NCBI GenBank assembly: GCA_037305845.1 | Contig: CP147778.1 | Span: 1,024,001-1,088,000, forward strand | DNA: 64,000 bases | Source: Candidatus Freyarchaeum deiterrae | Lineage (GTDB): Archaea; Asgardarchaeota; Jordiarchaeia; Jordiarchaeales; Jordiarchaeaceae | Direction: 5' to 3' | Shown here: piece after piece, positions 11,265-21,301 of the stretch | Layout of the letters: the number at the start of each line of letters is the position of its first letter | Position numbering within the stretch: the stretch's first letter is position 1 | The notes under the pieces: generated by a model | What the model was told of the DNA's origin: nothing | The model's database searches: none | Seen by the model: the letters and a program-made list of their open reading frames with translations, nothing else | Program-made: the position numbers and the translations under genes

Positions 11265-11299
11265 GCAGAAGTAGGGAACATAGAACCTCATCCTTCTGC
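11265..11299. terminator. Hairpin between convergent GGGPS and PAC2 genes
   Basis: GCAGAAG(11265-71)/CTTCTGC(11293-99) stem, followed by a T-run on the minus strand. Confidence 0.4.
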
Positions 11300-11328
11300 G
11301 TCAAGTAGGTCAATGATTCAATTATTTT

Positions 11329-12111
11329 TTAACTTATGTATTCCGGTTTCTTCTCCTCTTTATGCGTTGTTCCCTTTTCTTTCACTTTTCCAGCGGTCTC
11401 CCATTGAAGTTTTGCTTCACGTTCCAGTGTAGATAAATCGATGTTTAAACCGAGCTTAGAGCTTAAAGCTTTCGCAAGAGCATATGATGCAGAAAAATCA
11501 TGATTAAGCATTTTACTAGACTCTGAGAGTAGAACCACGCCATCTATATCATACAAGCTTTTACACATAACTGGAATTATGCCATTCATCCCAACCACAG
11601 TTCCTTCATTGAGAATATTAACGTTCTCCATTTGGCTAAATGATTCTACTAATTCTTTTGAAGTAGCCGTGACAAAGACTTTAGGGTTTCTTTTTGGAGA
11701 AGTCAAGGGCTTAGCTGCTAGAGAGATAACCATTGTTACACCTAAATCCTTCAGAATGTTTGCTATGTATTTCGATAGGACGTTCATACCGATGTTTGAG
11801 GTCGGTTGAGTATCCGAAGTTAGCAGTATTACATCTCTTTTTAGTGATTCGTCTCTGTAATGAAGCAATTCAATTTTAGATGATCCGAGACACCCATCGG
11901 GGTTTATCTTTACGTTTGACGGAAAATCTGAGAAATAAATTTCCATTATACTTTTTGCTTCGAATTGTTTTGCTATAAAGTCCACGGCGCCTTTTCCTGT
12001 ATTAGCTATGCCGGGCATTCCTTCAATGCATAAAGTATTGATTAGTTTGTTTGAATCAATTTGCCGTATTTTTTTCATGGATATGTTAAATTTGTCTTCG
12101 TGTATTGTCAA
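11329..12111 (-). CDS. PAC2-family proteasome assembly chaperone
   Basis: IEGMPGIANTG, SDTQP, GTVVGMNG, C-terminal EYIS. Confidence 0.85.
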   Translation of the reverse strand: MTIHEDKFNISMKKIRQIDSNKLINTLCIEGMPGIANTGKGAVDFIAKQFEAKSIMEIYFSDFPSNVKINPDGCLGSSKIELLHYRDESLKRDVILLTSDTQPTSNIGMNVLSKYIANILKDLGVTMVISLAAKPLTSPKRNPKVFVTATSKELVESFSQMENVNILNEGTVVGMNGIIPVMCKSLYDIDGVVLLSESSKMLNHDFSASYALAKALSSKLGLNIDLSTLEREAKLQWETAGKVKEKGTTHKEEKKPEYIS

Positions 12112-12212
12112 TTTAAATCATCTACTTTTCGGGGCAGAATTTTCTAATAATAAGATTAATTTGTATGTATGTTTTAGAAATTTTAATGTTTTCTATATTC
12201 GGAGATGAACTT

Positions 12213-12812
12213 ATGGTAAAAGGAAAACTCATTGTTTTAGAGGGAATCGATGGTGCTGGTACCACTACTCATTCTAGTAAATTGATGAATTGGATGAAAA
12301 GTAAGAATTATAAGGTCGCTGTAACCGCGGAACCCACAGATGGTACTATAGGTAAGATTATCCGGAATTACCTACGCTCTGGAGGCGGGTCTCCAACGGT
12401 TCATGCACTTCTTTTTGCTGCAGACAGAGCTGAGCACATAGAAAATGTTGTAAAACCCCTTATTAATGAAGGAGTAATTATTATTTCGGATCGTTATGTT
12501 GAATCATCAATAGTGTATCAAGCAGCGGAGGGAGTGGATGTAGAATGGATTCAAACCATTAATAGATTTGCAATTGAACCGGATTTAACAATTTTACTAG
12601 ATGTTGACCCAGAAGTATCTTTGGCCCGAAAAAAAGAAGTCAGAGATGCATTTGAAAATGTTAAATTTCTAAGAGAAGTGCGTCGAATTTATTTAGAAAG
12701 AGCACGAGCGAAAGAATACCCAATCATAGACACAAATAGGCCTACGGAAACTGTTCACCGAGATATTGTAAGATGTGTGGAACACTTTCTACTCAAAGCG
12801 CAGAATTTATAG
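12213..12812 (+). CDS. tmk: Thymidylate kinase
   Basis: EGIDGAGTTT P-loop, EPT, LFAADR, DRY; ATG 12213 after GGAG RBS. Confidence 0.95.
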   Translation: MVKGKLIVLEGIDGAGTTTHSSKLMNWMKSKNYKVAVTAEPTDGTIGKIIRNYLRSGGGSPTVHALLFAADRAEHIENVVKPLINEGVIIISDRYVESSIVYQAAEGVDVEWIQTINRFAIEPDLTILLDVDPEVSLARKKEVRDAFENVKFLREVRRIYLERARAKEYPIIDTNRPTETVHRDIVRCVEHFLLKAQNL

Positions 12813-12835
12813 ATTCTAAAACAAGTGAATATAAT

Positions 12836-12896
12836 AGGCGATGAAGATGAGTCCATCTGACTTGCGGATGAAGAACGATTCGGGCGGTCTGAGCCT
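12836..12896 (+). ncRNA. Box C/D guide sRNA; D guide predicted to target 16S rRNA C1402 (E. coli numbering)
   Basis: AGGC/GCCT terminal stem; C ATGAAGA 12841-47, D' CTGA 12857-60, C' ATGAAGA 12868-74, D CTGA 12889-92; guide CGGGCGGT complementary to universal SSU ACCGCCCG. Confidence 0.85.
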
Positions 12897-12988
12897 CCAA
12901 ATCCATATTCAAATTTTTTATTGAAAAATGATTCAAAAAGAAAACTTCTTGACAAAATAAGGCTTGATTAGTTTTGTGATGTGGATAT

Positions 12989-13363
12989 TTATTCTTCGGA
13001 TAGTAATTCCCCTATTTTATTTGAAGTCTTTTTAAGAACCATGAGAATTAATCCCAAGTTAGCGTCAGTTTTAGCAAGAACCGTGATAATAGCGCTCAAG
13101 CCCGCCCCCTTAATAATAATGTACCCATCATCCCCCTGCAGCAATATTTGTTGCAGGTTCCCACGAACCAGCTCGTGCGCAGCGCGTTCACCAACACTAA
13201 GCATGGCAGCCGTCATAGCCGCAACAACACTCTCATCAACCTCCGCTGGCATAGCAGACGCTATCGGAAGTCCTTGAACGCTGACAACTGCGCTGGCTTC
13301 TATTCCAGGCGTATTTGCCTCCATGTCCCTGATTAGACTCATTATTTCCTCAATTTTCGACAA
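12989..13363 (-). CDS. Roadblock/LC7 (MglB-like) protein
   Basis: ASAVVSVQGLPIAS...VAAMTAAMLSVGERA...NLGLI. Confidence 0.92.
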   Translation of the reverse strand: MSKIEEIMSLIRDMEANTPGIEASAVVSVQGLPIASAMPAEVDESVVAAMTAAMLSVGERAAHELVRGNLQQILLQGDDGYIIIKGAGLSAIITVLAKTDANLGLILMVLKKTSNKIGELLSEE

Positions 13364-13639
13364 TCTTAATCACTACAGATTTAGTTGTTCAGTGATATTT
13401 TTGTTCCCAATTTAGCTATAAATTTAACCTATATTATCCTTTTTTCGCTTCCCGAGATTTATTCATACTTAAACACGCGTTTAGAACGTAGCAAGTAATT
13501 ATTCAGTTAATATTCTAATTAATTTTTTGCTCATTAATTTTTTGTTTCAATACGTATTTAAGCCGTAGGAAATAAGTTAGGGGAATAGTTTAATAATTTC
13601 TGCTCTAAATTTATAGACCTAACAGTAGGAGGAACCATC

Positions 13640-14599
13640 TTGAGCGATGAAAAAATCAAAGAAACTGTTTCAAAAAAACAAGGGGAAACAGCAGCAGAAG
13701 AAGAAAAAAAAGATAAATTTGAAAAGTATAGAAAAGCTGGAAAAGCTGGAAAAGAAGTCAGAGAAATTGCAAGAAAAATAGTGCAACCAGGAACTCCAAT
13801 AATAGATATCTGTGAAAGGATTGAGAGTGAACTTCTCAATAAAGAGGTAGGGTTGTCATTTCCTTGTAATATTTCAGTCAATAACGTTGCTGCCCATTAC
13901 ACATCTCCACCTGATGATAAGTCAATTATAAACGAGAATGATGTAGTAAAGATTGACTTCGGAACGCATGTTGACGGGTATATTGCTGACACCGCCTTTA
14001 CAGTAAGTTTCAAACCAGAGCATGAAAAACTTATTGAAGCCTCTGAAAAGGCTCTTGAAGCTGCTATAGAAATGGTTAAACCCGGAGCAGAAGCAAGGTT
14101 AATAGGAGAAAAAATTGAAGAAACGATTAAAGGATACGGCTTCAGACCGATAAAGGACCTTTCAGGTCATTTGGTTGACCAGTATATTATTCATAGCTCA
14201 AAGATAATTCCAAATATTTCAACTCCCCACGGTACAAAAATAGAGGAAGGAGAGGTATACGCCCTTGAAACCTTTGCAACTACAGGTTCGGGAAGCGTGA
14301 CGGAAGCGCCTTATGCTTACATCTACGGTTTGTTGCCGCTTAGAATACCTTTAAGATTTAAGGGTTCACGTCAGGTTTTAGGTTTGGTTCAAAAAGAGTT
14401 CAAGACGCTGCCATTCGCAGAAAGGTGGTTAGCTAAAAAGGTTTCTAAGGCAGGACTTAAACTTGCCATTAAAGAGCTTACAGAGAAGGGATTATTCCGC
14501 GCCTACAATGTATTGTCTGACAAGAAAGGTAGCCTTGTATCACAAGCGGAACATACTCTAATTGTTCTTGAAAGCGGGTGCGAAGTAATCACGCGATAA
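13640..14599 (+). CDS. map: Methionine aminopeptidase type II
   Basis: AAHYT, KIDFGTHVDGYIADTA, LSGH, ALETFAT, QAEHT. Confidence 0.97.
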   Translation: MSDEKIKETVSKKQGETAAEEEKKDKFEKYRKAGKAGKEVREIARKIVQPGTPIIDICERIESELLNKEVGLSFPCNISVNNVAAHYTSPPDDKSIINENDVVKIDFGTHVDGYIADTAFTVSFKPEHEKLIEASEKALEAAIEMVKPGAEARLIGEKIEETIKGYGFRPIKDLSGHLVDQYIIHSSKIIPNISTPHGTKIEEGEVYALETFATTGSGSVTEAPYAYIYGLLPLRIPLRFKGSRQVLGLVQKEFKTLPFAERWLAKKVSKAGLKLAIKELTEKGLFRAYNVLSDKKGSLVSQAEHTLIVLESGCEVITR

Positions 14600-14685
14600 T
14601 TGAGGGGTAATCTAAAAGAGATATAATTTGTTATGAATTAAAGTTGGCTGTCCAAATTTTAAAAAAGTAGCTGAGGAAAATATTA

Positions 14686-16014
14686 TTGACGAGTATTGAA
14701 TTGTCTTTTCTTGGTGGAGCAAGAGAAGTCGGCCGGTCATGTATTTCTATTAAAAAAGGTGACCAGTGTATTTTGCTCGACGCAGGAATTAGTTTGGGTA
14801 AGACGGGAGGAGATGAGTATCCATTGGATCCATCGGATCCTCCTAGCGTTGTTTTTATTACTCATGCACATCTAGATCACTCGGGATATCTTCCAGCAAT
14901 AATCTCGAAGTATGGATGCAGAGAAGTTTCTACACTTCCAACACAAGATTTGGGTGAACTATTACAGATAGATTTTTTAAAACTGCAGAAAGATTTTAAT
15001 TTGGAAGCACCATACACCTCCGAGGATGTTATGGCTGTAAGAAGCCATGCACTTGAAATAAACTATAGCGTAGAAATGGACATGGGAAAAGGGATTAAAG
15101 CCATGCTTCTTCCCTCGGGTCATATATTAGGCGCAGCAATGGTTCGTTTATGTGTGAATGATCAGGTTATTTTATATACTGGTGATTTATCTACTAGAAA
15201 CACTCGGACCCAAAGCATGGCAGAGACCTCGGTGGGTAAGGTTAACACATTAGTGATAGAATCAACCTACGCAGCTCATAATGACCGCCATCCTAGTTTT
15301 CAGAGAGTTGAGAGGGATTTCATAGATTCAATCAACAAGGCTCTGGATCGTGGTGGCAAAGTCTTGGTGTCTGTGTTTGCGGTGGGAAGAGCCCAAGAGG
15401 TAATGCTGTCTTTAGAAGCGTACATCCGGAGTGGTGTACTGGCTCAGGTTCCAATATACATTGATGGAATGATTAAGAGAGTTAATGAGGTTTACCGATT
15501 GTACTGGTCGTATCTTCGACCCACTGTTAGAAGGCAGATAAGGTATACTAGGCAAAGCCCTCTAGAATCCGATATCTTTGTTGAAGTATACCAAAGGAAA
15601 GGAGTTAATCTTGATGAACCTTGCATTATTATTAGCACTTCGGGAATGCTTGAGGGAGGACCGGTGATTGGGTATCTGAAGCAGATGGCGAATGACCCAA
15701 AGAATCTCATTTGCCTTACGGGCTATCAAGTTCCCGGCACGAGGGGACGGAAGCTTCAAGACGGGGCGAAAGAAATTAAGCTCCCCCCCGACGGGGAACC
15801 GATTGAGGTAAAATCGGAGGTTAAGACTTTTGAATTTAGTGCACATGCTGACCAGTCTGGACTTTTTAGATTTATATCGCGTATTAAGGGACTAGAAAGA
15901 ATTTACTGTGTTCATGGGGAAGAGTGGAAAACTATAGAGTACGCTGAGCGAATTGAGGAATTGAAAAAGGTGGATGCTTGTTCTCCCCTGAATGGGGAAA
16001 CCTTTTCTATTTGA
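14686..16014 (+). CDS. Beta-CASP metallo-beta-lactamase ribonuclease (aCPSF-like, no KH domains)
   Basis: GGAREVGRS, THAHLDH, GHILG, ESTY, GRAQE, FSAHAD, VHGE. Confidence 0.92.
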   Translation: MTSIELSFLGGAREVGRSCISIKKGDQCILLDAGISLGKTGGDEYPLDPSDPPSVVFITHAHLDHSGYLPAIISKYGCREVSTLPTQDLGELLQIDFLKLQKDFNLEAPYTSEDVMAVRSHALEINYSVEMDMGKGIKAMLLPSGHILGAAMVRLCVNDQVILYTGDLSTRNTRTQSMAETSVGKVNTLVIESTYAAHNDRHPSFQRVERDFIDSINKALDRGGKVLVSVFAVGRAQEVMLSLEAYIRSGVLAQVPIYIDGMIKRVNEVYRLYWSYLRPTVRRQIRYTRQSPLESDIFVEVYQRKGVNLDEPCIIISTSGMLEGGPVIGYLKQMANDPKNLICLTGYQVPGTRGRKLQDGAKEIKLPPDGEPIEVKSEVKTFEFSAHADQSGLFRFISRIKGLERIYCVHGEEWKTIEYAERIEELKKVDACSPLNGETFSI

Positions 16015-16022
16015 TGGAAAAT

Positions 16023-17600
16023 TTATGCTAAATCCTCAAATTTTACAACGCCGGAAACCAGTTTAGAGATAATTTCGGTTAAACTGGCTCTATTAACGAC
16101 TGCTTGTTTTCGGGAATCTCTATCCCTAATTGTCACAGTGTTAGCGTTAGGTGTATCGTAATCTACGGTCACACAGAAGGGGATACCTATTTCGTCTGCC
16201 CTAGCGTACCTCTTACCTACGGATCCACGATCATCATATTCCGCGTCTATTCCGTTTTCCTTAAGATGCTCATAAATTTTAAACGAAATTTCTGTCAACG
16301 GTTCCTTAGTGACAAGTGGCACAACTAGTGCGGTTAAGGGCGCAAATTTTGGGGGAAACTGAAACCAGTTCCACCCTCTTCCATCATCCTCTCGGTAGCA
16401 GTGTTCTAAGATGCAGTAAATGGCTCTTTCTACTCCAAAAGAAGGTTCCACAACTTCGGGAATCACTTTTTCTCCATCAAAGTCTACCGATAGATCCTTA
16501 CCGCTTTTCTTCATATGATTAGATAGGTCGTAGCTTGTCCTGTAGGCGTTACCGACAATCTCCTTCCTTCCAATACTCAGCTCGATTTCAAGATCAAAGT
16601 TACCACCAGAGTAGAAAGGAGTTTCCTCAGGCATCATGTGTCGAAAACTAAATTTATCATAAGGAATTCCCAAGCTCTGATAAAACAGCGTCTCCTTCGC
16701 AAGATAATACGCCATATACGCGTTAGGAAGAATTCCTTTCTCAAGAAATTCCCCCACAGACATTTCAACAGGTTCAGTTTCACCCATTTTCTGCTGCTCT
16801 CTCGTTAAAATTCTAATTTTAACATCCCTAACTCTACCAAAACTGGGGTGAACACCAAGCTCCTTAGGATGTACGAACATCTCAATTTCCATCTGTGTAA
16901 ACTCGCGAACACGAATCAAACCCTGCCTGGGCGAAATCTCATTCCTGTAGGATCTACCAATCTGAGCTATACCAAAGGGAAGCTTAGCCCTCATGGATTG
17001 CTGAACCCGTTTAAAATCCAGGAAAATATCTTGAGCCGTTTCCGGTCTCAGAAAAGCGCTCTGCCCACCCGCCGGACCCACTTGGACTCCTAGCATAAGA
17101 TTAAAAACAGATACGTCAGATAAGCCATCTCCACAATCAGGACAAACTAAATTATTCTCCCTAATTATTTTGGTAAGTTCTTCAGGAGACATTCCCTCAA
17201 CGTACATTCCTAGATTATCCTCAATCAAGTGATCTGCACGCATCCACTTCTTACACTTCAAACAAGAAACCGTAGGATCAGTAAAAGAATCCAAATGACC
17301 AGAAGCCTTCAAAGCATCATAAGGAAGAATCGTAGCACCATCCAACTCGTACACTGGAGGATTAGTTTCCCTTAAAACAAAAAACTCTCGCCAGGCCTGG
17401 ATTAAATTATTCTTTAATTTAGAACCTAAAGGGCCTAGATCATATATACCAGCTATACCACCATAAATTTCAGCACTAAGAAATACGAACCCCCTATGAT
17501 TAGCCAGCGTCCAAACCTTATCAAACAAACTAATCTCTGCCTTTTTTTTCTTGCCTCCGCCACTACCTTTAGATTTATCCTTTCCTTCCATGATAACCAT
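16023..17600 (-). CDS. glyS: Glycyl-tRNA synthetase (alpha2, archaeal/eukaryotic type)
   Basis: LRPETAQ, RNEISPRQGLIRVREFTQME, VEPSFGVER, GKRYARADEIG. Confidence 0.97.
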   Translation of the reverse strand: MVIMEGKDKSKGSGGGKKKKAEISLFDKVWTLANHRGFVFLSAEIYGGIAGIYDLGPLGSKLKNNLIQAWREFFVLRETNPPVYELDGATILPYDALKASGHLDSFTDPTVSCLKCKKWMRADHLIEDNLGMYVEGMSPEELTKIIRENNLVCPDCGDGLSDVSVFNLMLGVQVGPAGGQSAFLRPETAQDIFLDFKRVQQSMRAKLPFGIAQIGRSYRNEISPRQGLIRVREFTQMEIEMFVHPKELGVHPSFGRVRDVKIRILTREQQKMGETEPVEMSVGEFLEKGILPNAYMAYYLAKETLFYQSLGIPYDKFSFRHMMPEETPFYSGGNFDLEIELSIGRKEIVGNAYRTSYDLSNHMKKSGKDLSVDFDGEKVIPEVVEPSFGVERAIYCILEHCYREDDGRGWNWFQFPPKFAPLTALVVPLVTKEPLTEISFKIYEHLKENGIDAEYDDRGSVGKRYARADEIGIPFCVTVDYDTPNANTVTIRDRDSRKQAVVNRASLTEIISKLVSGVVKFEDLA

Positions 17601-17709
17601 CGCACCCAGTACTGTTTGCTTAAAGATTTTTGAAACCTAATGTAAAAATACCTAAAATAACTTTCCCCAAGTCTTTAAAAAGCGCAACTAAAAACATGAG
17701 TAAGAAGGT

Positions 17710-17853
17710 TTACATAGCCTTAACACGCTTAATGACAGGTGGCCGAGCCTTGTACAACACTCTATATCCACAACTGGGGCACTTCATTCCTCCAAGAAGG
17801 TCTAAGCCCTCAACAGTAACAGTTTTGCCACATTTCCCGCATATGTATACCAT
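17710..17853 (-). CDS. rpo12: RNA polymerase subunit P (Rpo12); 47 aa, absent from the ORF track
   Basis: MVYICGKCGK...MKCPSCGYRVLYKARPPVIKRVKAM zinc ribbon. Confidence 0.95.
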   Translation of the reverse strand: MVYICGKCGKTVTVEGLDLLGGMKCPSCGYRVLYKARPPVIKRVKAM

Positions 17854-17929
17854 TTTTTATACCACTTCTTTTCAATGTTTTACATGTTGAGTATTGATTG
17901 GAATTTAATAAATATTTCTTGTTGCGGAT

Positions 17930-19528
17930 TCAATCAATCACTGCTTCTACCAGTTTTTCACTTTTTATTTTTGTGATTTTAACTTTTACTAATTCATTTA
18001 GAGGCGCATTTTCTGCCCACAATATTATTGTTGGGCCTTCTTCGAGGGGATAGGCTATGTACTCTCCGGGTTTTGTTTTTTCTGCTACTAAGGCCTCGAT
18101 TTTCTTGCCTATTAGTGATTTCTTTTGTTCCAAGTTAATCTGGTTTGCCTTGTCGACTATAATTTTGCTAGCTTTATCTTTGGTTGCCGGAGGGGGTGAT
18201 TCAAAGTCTCCAAACGCAGACATCGGAAGGGGTTTGAACCTGTAAATTGTTATTTTTTCAACTCCGTACTCAGCCATCTTGTCCATAATTTCCACAGTCT
18301 CTTTCGCAGTTTCCAAGGTTTGTCCTGGTAATCCATGAATAAAGTAAACATATGGCCTTAATCCATAAGCTATTGCGCGCTTCACAACCGTAAGGCTCTG
18401 ATAGGGAGTTGAAGGCCTACCAATGCTTTTCGAATGCCACTCCGATCCAGTTTCGCAGCCCACATGTACCGTAGTATGGGGTAGATAGGTACTTATAATT
18501 CGAGCCGCCTCTTCGGTAAAGAGGCAAGGCTTTATGTTTTCAATAGATATATAAGTTTTTTTTTCGCTCTCCCTCTGTATTTTTGAGATTCCAGACAGCA
18601 ACGATTCAATCTCCAAGTAGTTCGGTTCGGGTAAACAAGGATCAGTGAGAGGATGGGGGCTTACCAGTTTTTCCCTTTGATAGTCTAGAAAGTCACTTGC
18701 ACCCAGTACAATCCGATTGACTCCAAGATTTAGCAGATTACCTATTTCTCTCAGTATGATTTCCTTGCTCCTACTTCGCGACGGCCCGAAAAAGCTGGGT
18801 ACAGAGCAGAAGCCACAGCCTGGTAGAATTCCTATTGGACAGTAGTATCTTTCAGTCAGGTTGTCTTTATAGCATGAACCACATTGATTACATTCTCTTC
18901 CATCAGGTAGAGTCAAAAGCGTCCTTCGATAATTGGAACAACCACTGACACAGGTCACATAAACACGAGAAGCTCGAAAATAAGGATAATCAACTATTCT
19001 CTCAACAGATGGCTCGTACTTAAACTCGAAAGCTGGAGGCCTAAGAGGCGTCACTGCTACACCGCCGTCCATTCTGAAGGCTAGGCCTCTAATTCCTTTT
19101 AGAATATCTCTTTCAGGTACTCGACCTTCGGACAAAGCAGTTCCTAACAATTCCTCCAGTGTTTCCTCCCCCTCTGATATAACTACCAAATCATAATCCG
19201 TTTTTCTTAACAACTGGTAAGGATCAGCCGCGGCGGGACCCCCAGCTATAGCAAGCTTATCATCATTCACCCTTCTCCATATATTTACTATTTTTCTCAT
19301 AGAGGGAATATCCATAGTCATACCGCTGCACATCAAAACATCAAAATCCGATAAAAATACTTGATCCTTAAAAACTCGCTCAGTAGTGGATATTCTGCAC
19401 TCAAATCCTAATTGCTCCAACACCCCAGCCACAGTTCTCGGACCCGCACCAATAACGTCACGAGTAAATCTCTTGAAACCTTTTTCCACAGCCAATGAAT
19501 CCACGATAACGAAACGAATCCTACTCAT
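17930..19528 (-). CDS. B12-binding/radical SAM/TRAM protein
   Basis: N-terminal AGGP...SEGE cobalamin-like domain, split SGC...GCGFC cluster motif, GCETGS, FIHGLPG, C-terminal TRAM-like beta domain. Confidence 0.85.
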   Translation of the reverse strand: MSRIRFVIVDSLAVEKGFKRFTRDVIGAGPRTVAGVLEQLGFECRISTTERVFKDQVFLSDFDVLMCSGMTMDIPSMRKIVNIWRRVNDDKLAIAGGPAAADPYQLLRKTDYDLVVISEGEETLEELLGTALSEGRVPERDILKGIRGLAFRMDGGVAVTPLRPPAFEFKYEPSVERIVDYPYFRASRVYVTCVSGCSNYRRTLLTLPDGRECNQCGSCYKDNLTERYYCPIGILPGCGFCSVPSFFGPSRSRSKEIILREIGNLLNLGVNRIVLGASDFLDYQREKLVSPHPLTDPCLPEPNYLEIESLLSGISKIQRESEKKTYISIENIKPCLFTEEAARIISTYLPHTTVHVGCETGSEWHSKSIGRPSTPYQSLTVVKRAIAYGLRPYVYFIHGLPGQTLETAKETVEIMDKMAEYGVEKITIYRFKPLPMSAFGDFESPPPATKDKASKIIVDKANQINLEQKKSLIGKKIEALVAEKTKPGEYIAYPLEEGPTIILWAENAPLNELVKVKITKIKSEKLVEAVID

Positions 19529-19676
19529 AAGTACCCAAACTCATAAATTTTTATAAATTCATTCTTCTAAGGGACATAACTTTAAATAAGTATACTGTAT
19601 TCTTAAAAGTGGAAAAAGCTGAAAAACAGAATATTGCCTTCCTAAAAAAAGGCAAAAAAGTTGGAATGGTGTATTA

Positions 19677-19988
19677 ATGGCACAACAGATATGTCCGACA
19701 TGTGGATTACCAAAAGACCTTTGTGTCTGCCAAGAAATAGTAAAAGAAGAACAAAGAATAAAAGTACGAATAGAAAAGAGAAAGTTCAACCGTGCAGTAA
19801 CCATTGTGGAGGGTATTAACAGTAAGGACGTGGACTTGGGGAGGCTTGCGACGAAGTTGAAGAGCGTTCTTGCCTGTGGCGGTACTGCTAAGGAAGAACG
19901 CATCGAGCTGCAGGGCGACCATCGTTATCGCACGAAGGAGCTTCTTGTCGATTGGGGTTACCCCGAGAAAAATATTGACGTCTCATAA
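19677..19988 (+). CDS. sui1: Translation initiation factor aIF1 (SUI1)
   Basis: CPTCGLPKDLCVC, LACGGTAK, IELQGDHR. Confidence 0.96.
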   Translation: MAQQICPTCGLPKDLCVCQEIVKEEQRIKVRIEKRKFNRAVTIVEGINSKDVDLGRLATKLKSVLACGGTAKEERIELQGDHRYRTKELLVDWGYPEKNIDVS

Positions 19989-20038
19989 TTTTTTCATTTA
20001 TTTTCTTTCGACTTAAAATTTTTCAGAGATTTCGAAAA

Positions 20039-20281
20039 ATGTTTGGAAGAATTAGGGGTTTATTTCAAAGTTTTACAAGGCGTCCCATGACTAAGAGGGG
20101 AGTACTGGTCTGTCCCAGGTGTGGCAGCACAAGAATAAGACAAGCTGATTCAATATCAGGTGTCATTACTCCTCCGCGCTACTTCTGCCCGAACTGTTAC
20201 TATTCAGGATATTTTGTAGTTGAGAAAGACAAAGACGAAGATAAGAACAAAGAAAATTATTTTGAAGGGTTTGGAGCATAA
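20039..20281 (+). CDS. Small zinc-ribbon protein
   Basis: CPRCGS...YFCPNCYYSG. Confidence 0.75.
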   Translation: MFGRIRGLFQSFTRRPMTKRGVLVCPRCGSTRIRQADSISGVITPPRYFCPNCYYSGYFVVEKDKDEDKNKENYFEGFGA

Positions 20282-20344
20282 AGAAAAGAAAAAGGAAGAA
20301 GATTTTAGGAGTTATGAAGCCAAGAACTTTTTCTTTTTTGTATT

Positions 20345-21301
20345 TTAGATTTCGACTTCTAATTTGAGTTTTTTAACCAGCTCTTTGTACCTGTTTCTGA
20401 CGGTGACTTCGGTTACATGTGCTACTTCTGCGATTTCTCTTTGTGTTCGGCGTTCTCCGATCATGATGGCTGAAATGTACATTGATGCTGCAGCGAGCCC
20501 TGTTGGATCTTTGCCGGCGGTTATGCCGAGTTCTTTTGCTTTTTCGATAATGAGGGCTGCTTTTCTTTGTGCTGCGCCTGAGAGATGTAATTCTGCTCCG
20601 AAGCGGGGCAAGAAGTCTATGGGGTTTGCGATGGGGATGTCGATGTCGAGTTCTCTGAGGACTAGTCGGTAACATCTACCTAATTCTTTGCGTCCAACTC
20701 TTGATTGTTTGGCGATTTCGTCTAGGGTTCTTGGAACTTTGCGCATACGGCAGGCTCCGTATACAGATGCTGCAACCATAGCTTCAATAGAGCGTCCTCT
20801 AATTAGGCTTCTTTCAATAGCTTTGCGATAGATTACTGCTGAAGCTTCCTTGACGCTGTGTGGAATTCCAAGTTGGCTTGAGAGTCTGTCAAGTTCTGAC
20901 ATTGCGTATGCTAAGTTTCTGTCCATGGAACTGTGAACCCTAGTTCTAATTTGCCATTTTCTTAGACGATAAATCTGGGCTCTACGTCTAGGGGTTAGTT
21001 TTTTGCCATAGGCATCGCAGTTGCGCCAATCTATCATAGTGCTTAAGCCTTTATCGTGCACCGTATATGAGGTCGGAGAACCCACACGACTGCGTCTGGA
21101 GCGTTCTTCGGAAGTAAAAGCTCTCCACTCCGGTCCCTGGTCAATCATGTGCTCATCGATAACGAGTCCACAATGGCTACAAATCAATTCTCCTCTGGTA
21201 ACATCACGGACAACATCTGTAGCTCCGCACTCTGAACATTTATACGGTGTCTTGGCCTTCTCCTCTAAGTCAGTTTCCTCTACCGTTGACTGACCACCCA
21301 T
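20345..21301 (-). CDS. tfb: Transcription initiation factor TFB (likely start ATG 21301)
   Basis: CSEC..CSHC Zn ribbon, GPEWRAF B-reader, HDKGLST, two cyclin repeats, VTEVTVRNRYKE. Confidence 0.98.
   Translation of the reverse strand: MGGQSTVEETDLEEKAKTPYKCSECGATDVVRDVTRGELICSHCGLVIDEHMIDQGPEWRAFTSEERSRRSRVGSPTSYTVHDKGLSTMIDWRNCDAYGKKLTPRRRAQIYRLRKWQIRTRVHSSMDRNLAYAMSELDRLSSQLGIPHSVKEASAVIYRKAIERSLIRGRSIEAMVAASVYGACRMRKVPRTLDEIAKQSRVGRKELGRCYRLVLRELDIDIPIANPIDFLPRFGAELHLSGAAQRKAALIIEKAKELGITAGKDPTGLAAASMYISAIMIGERRTQREIAEVAHVTEVTVRNRYKELVKKLKLEVEI

Noticed and set aside
17630-17890. Plus-strand 86-aa ORF
   Set aside because: Antisense shadow of rpo12
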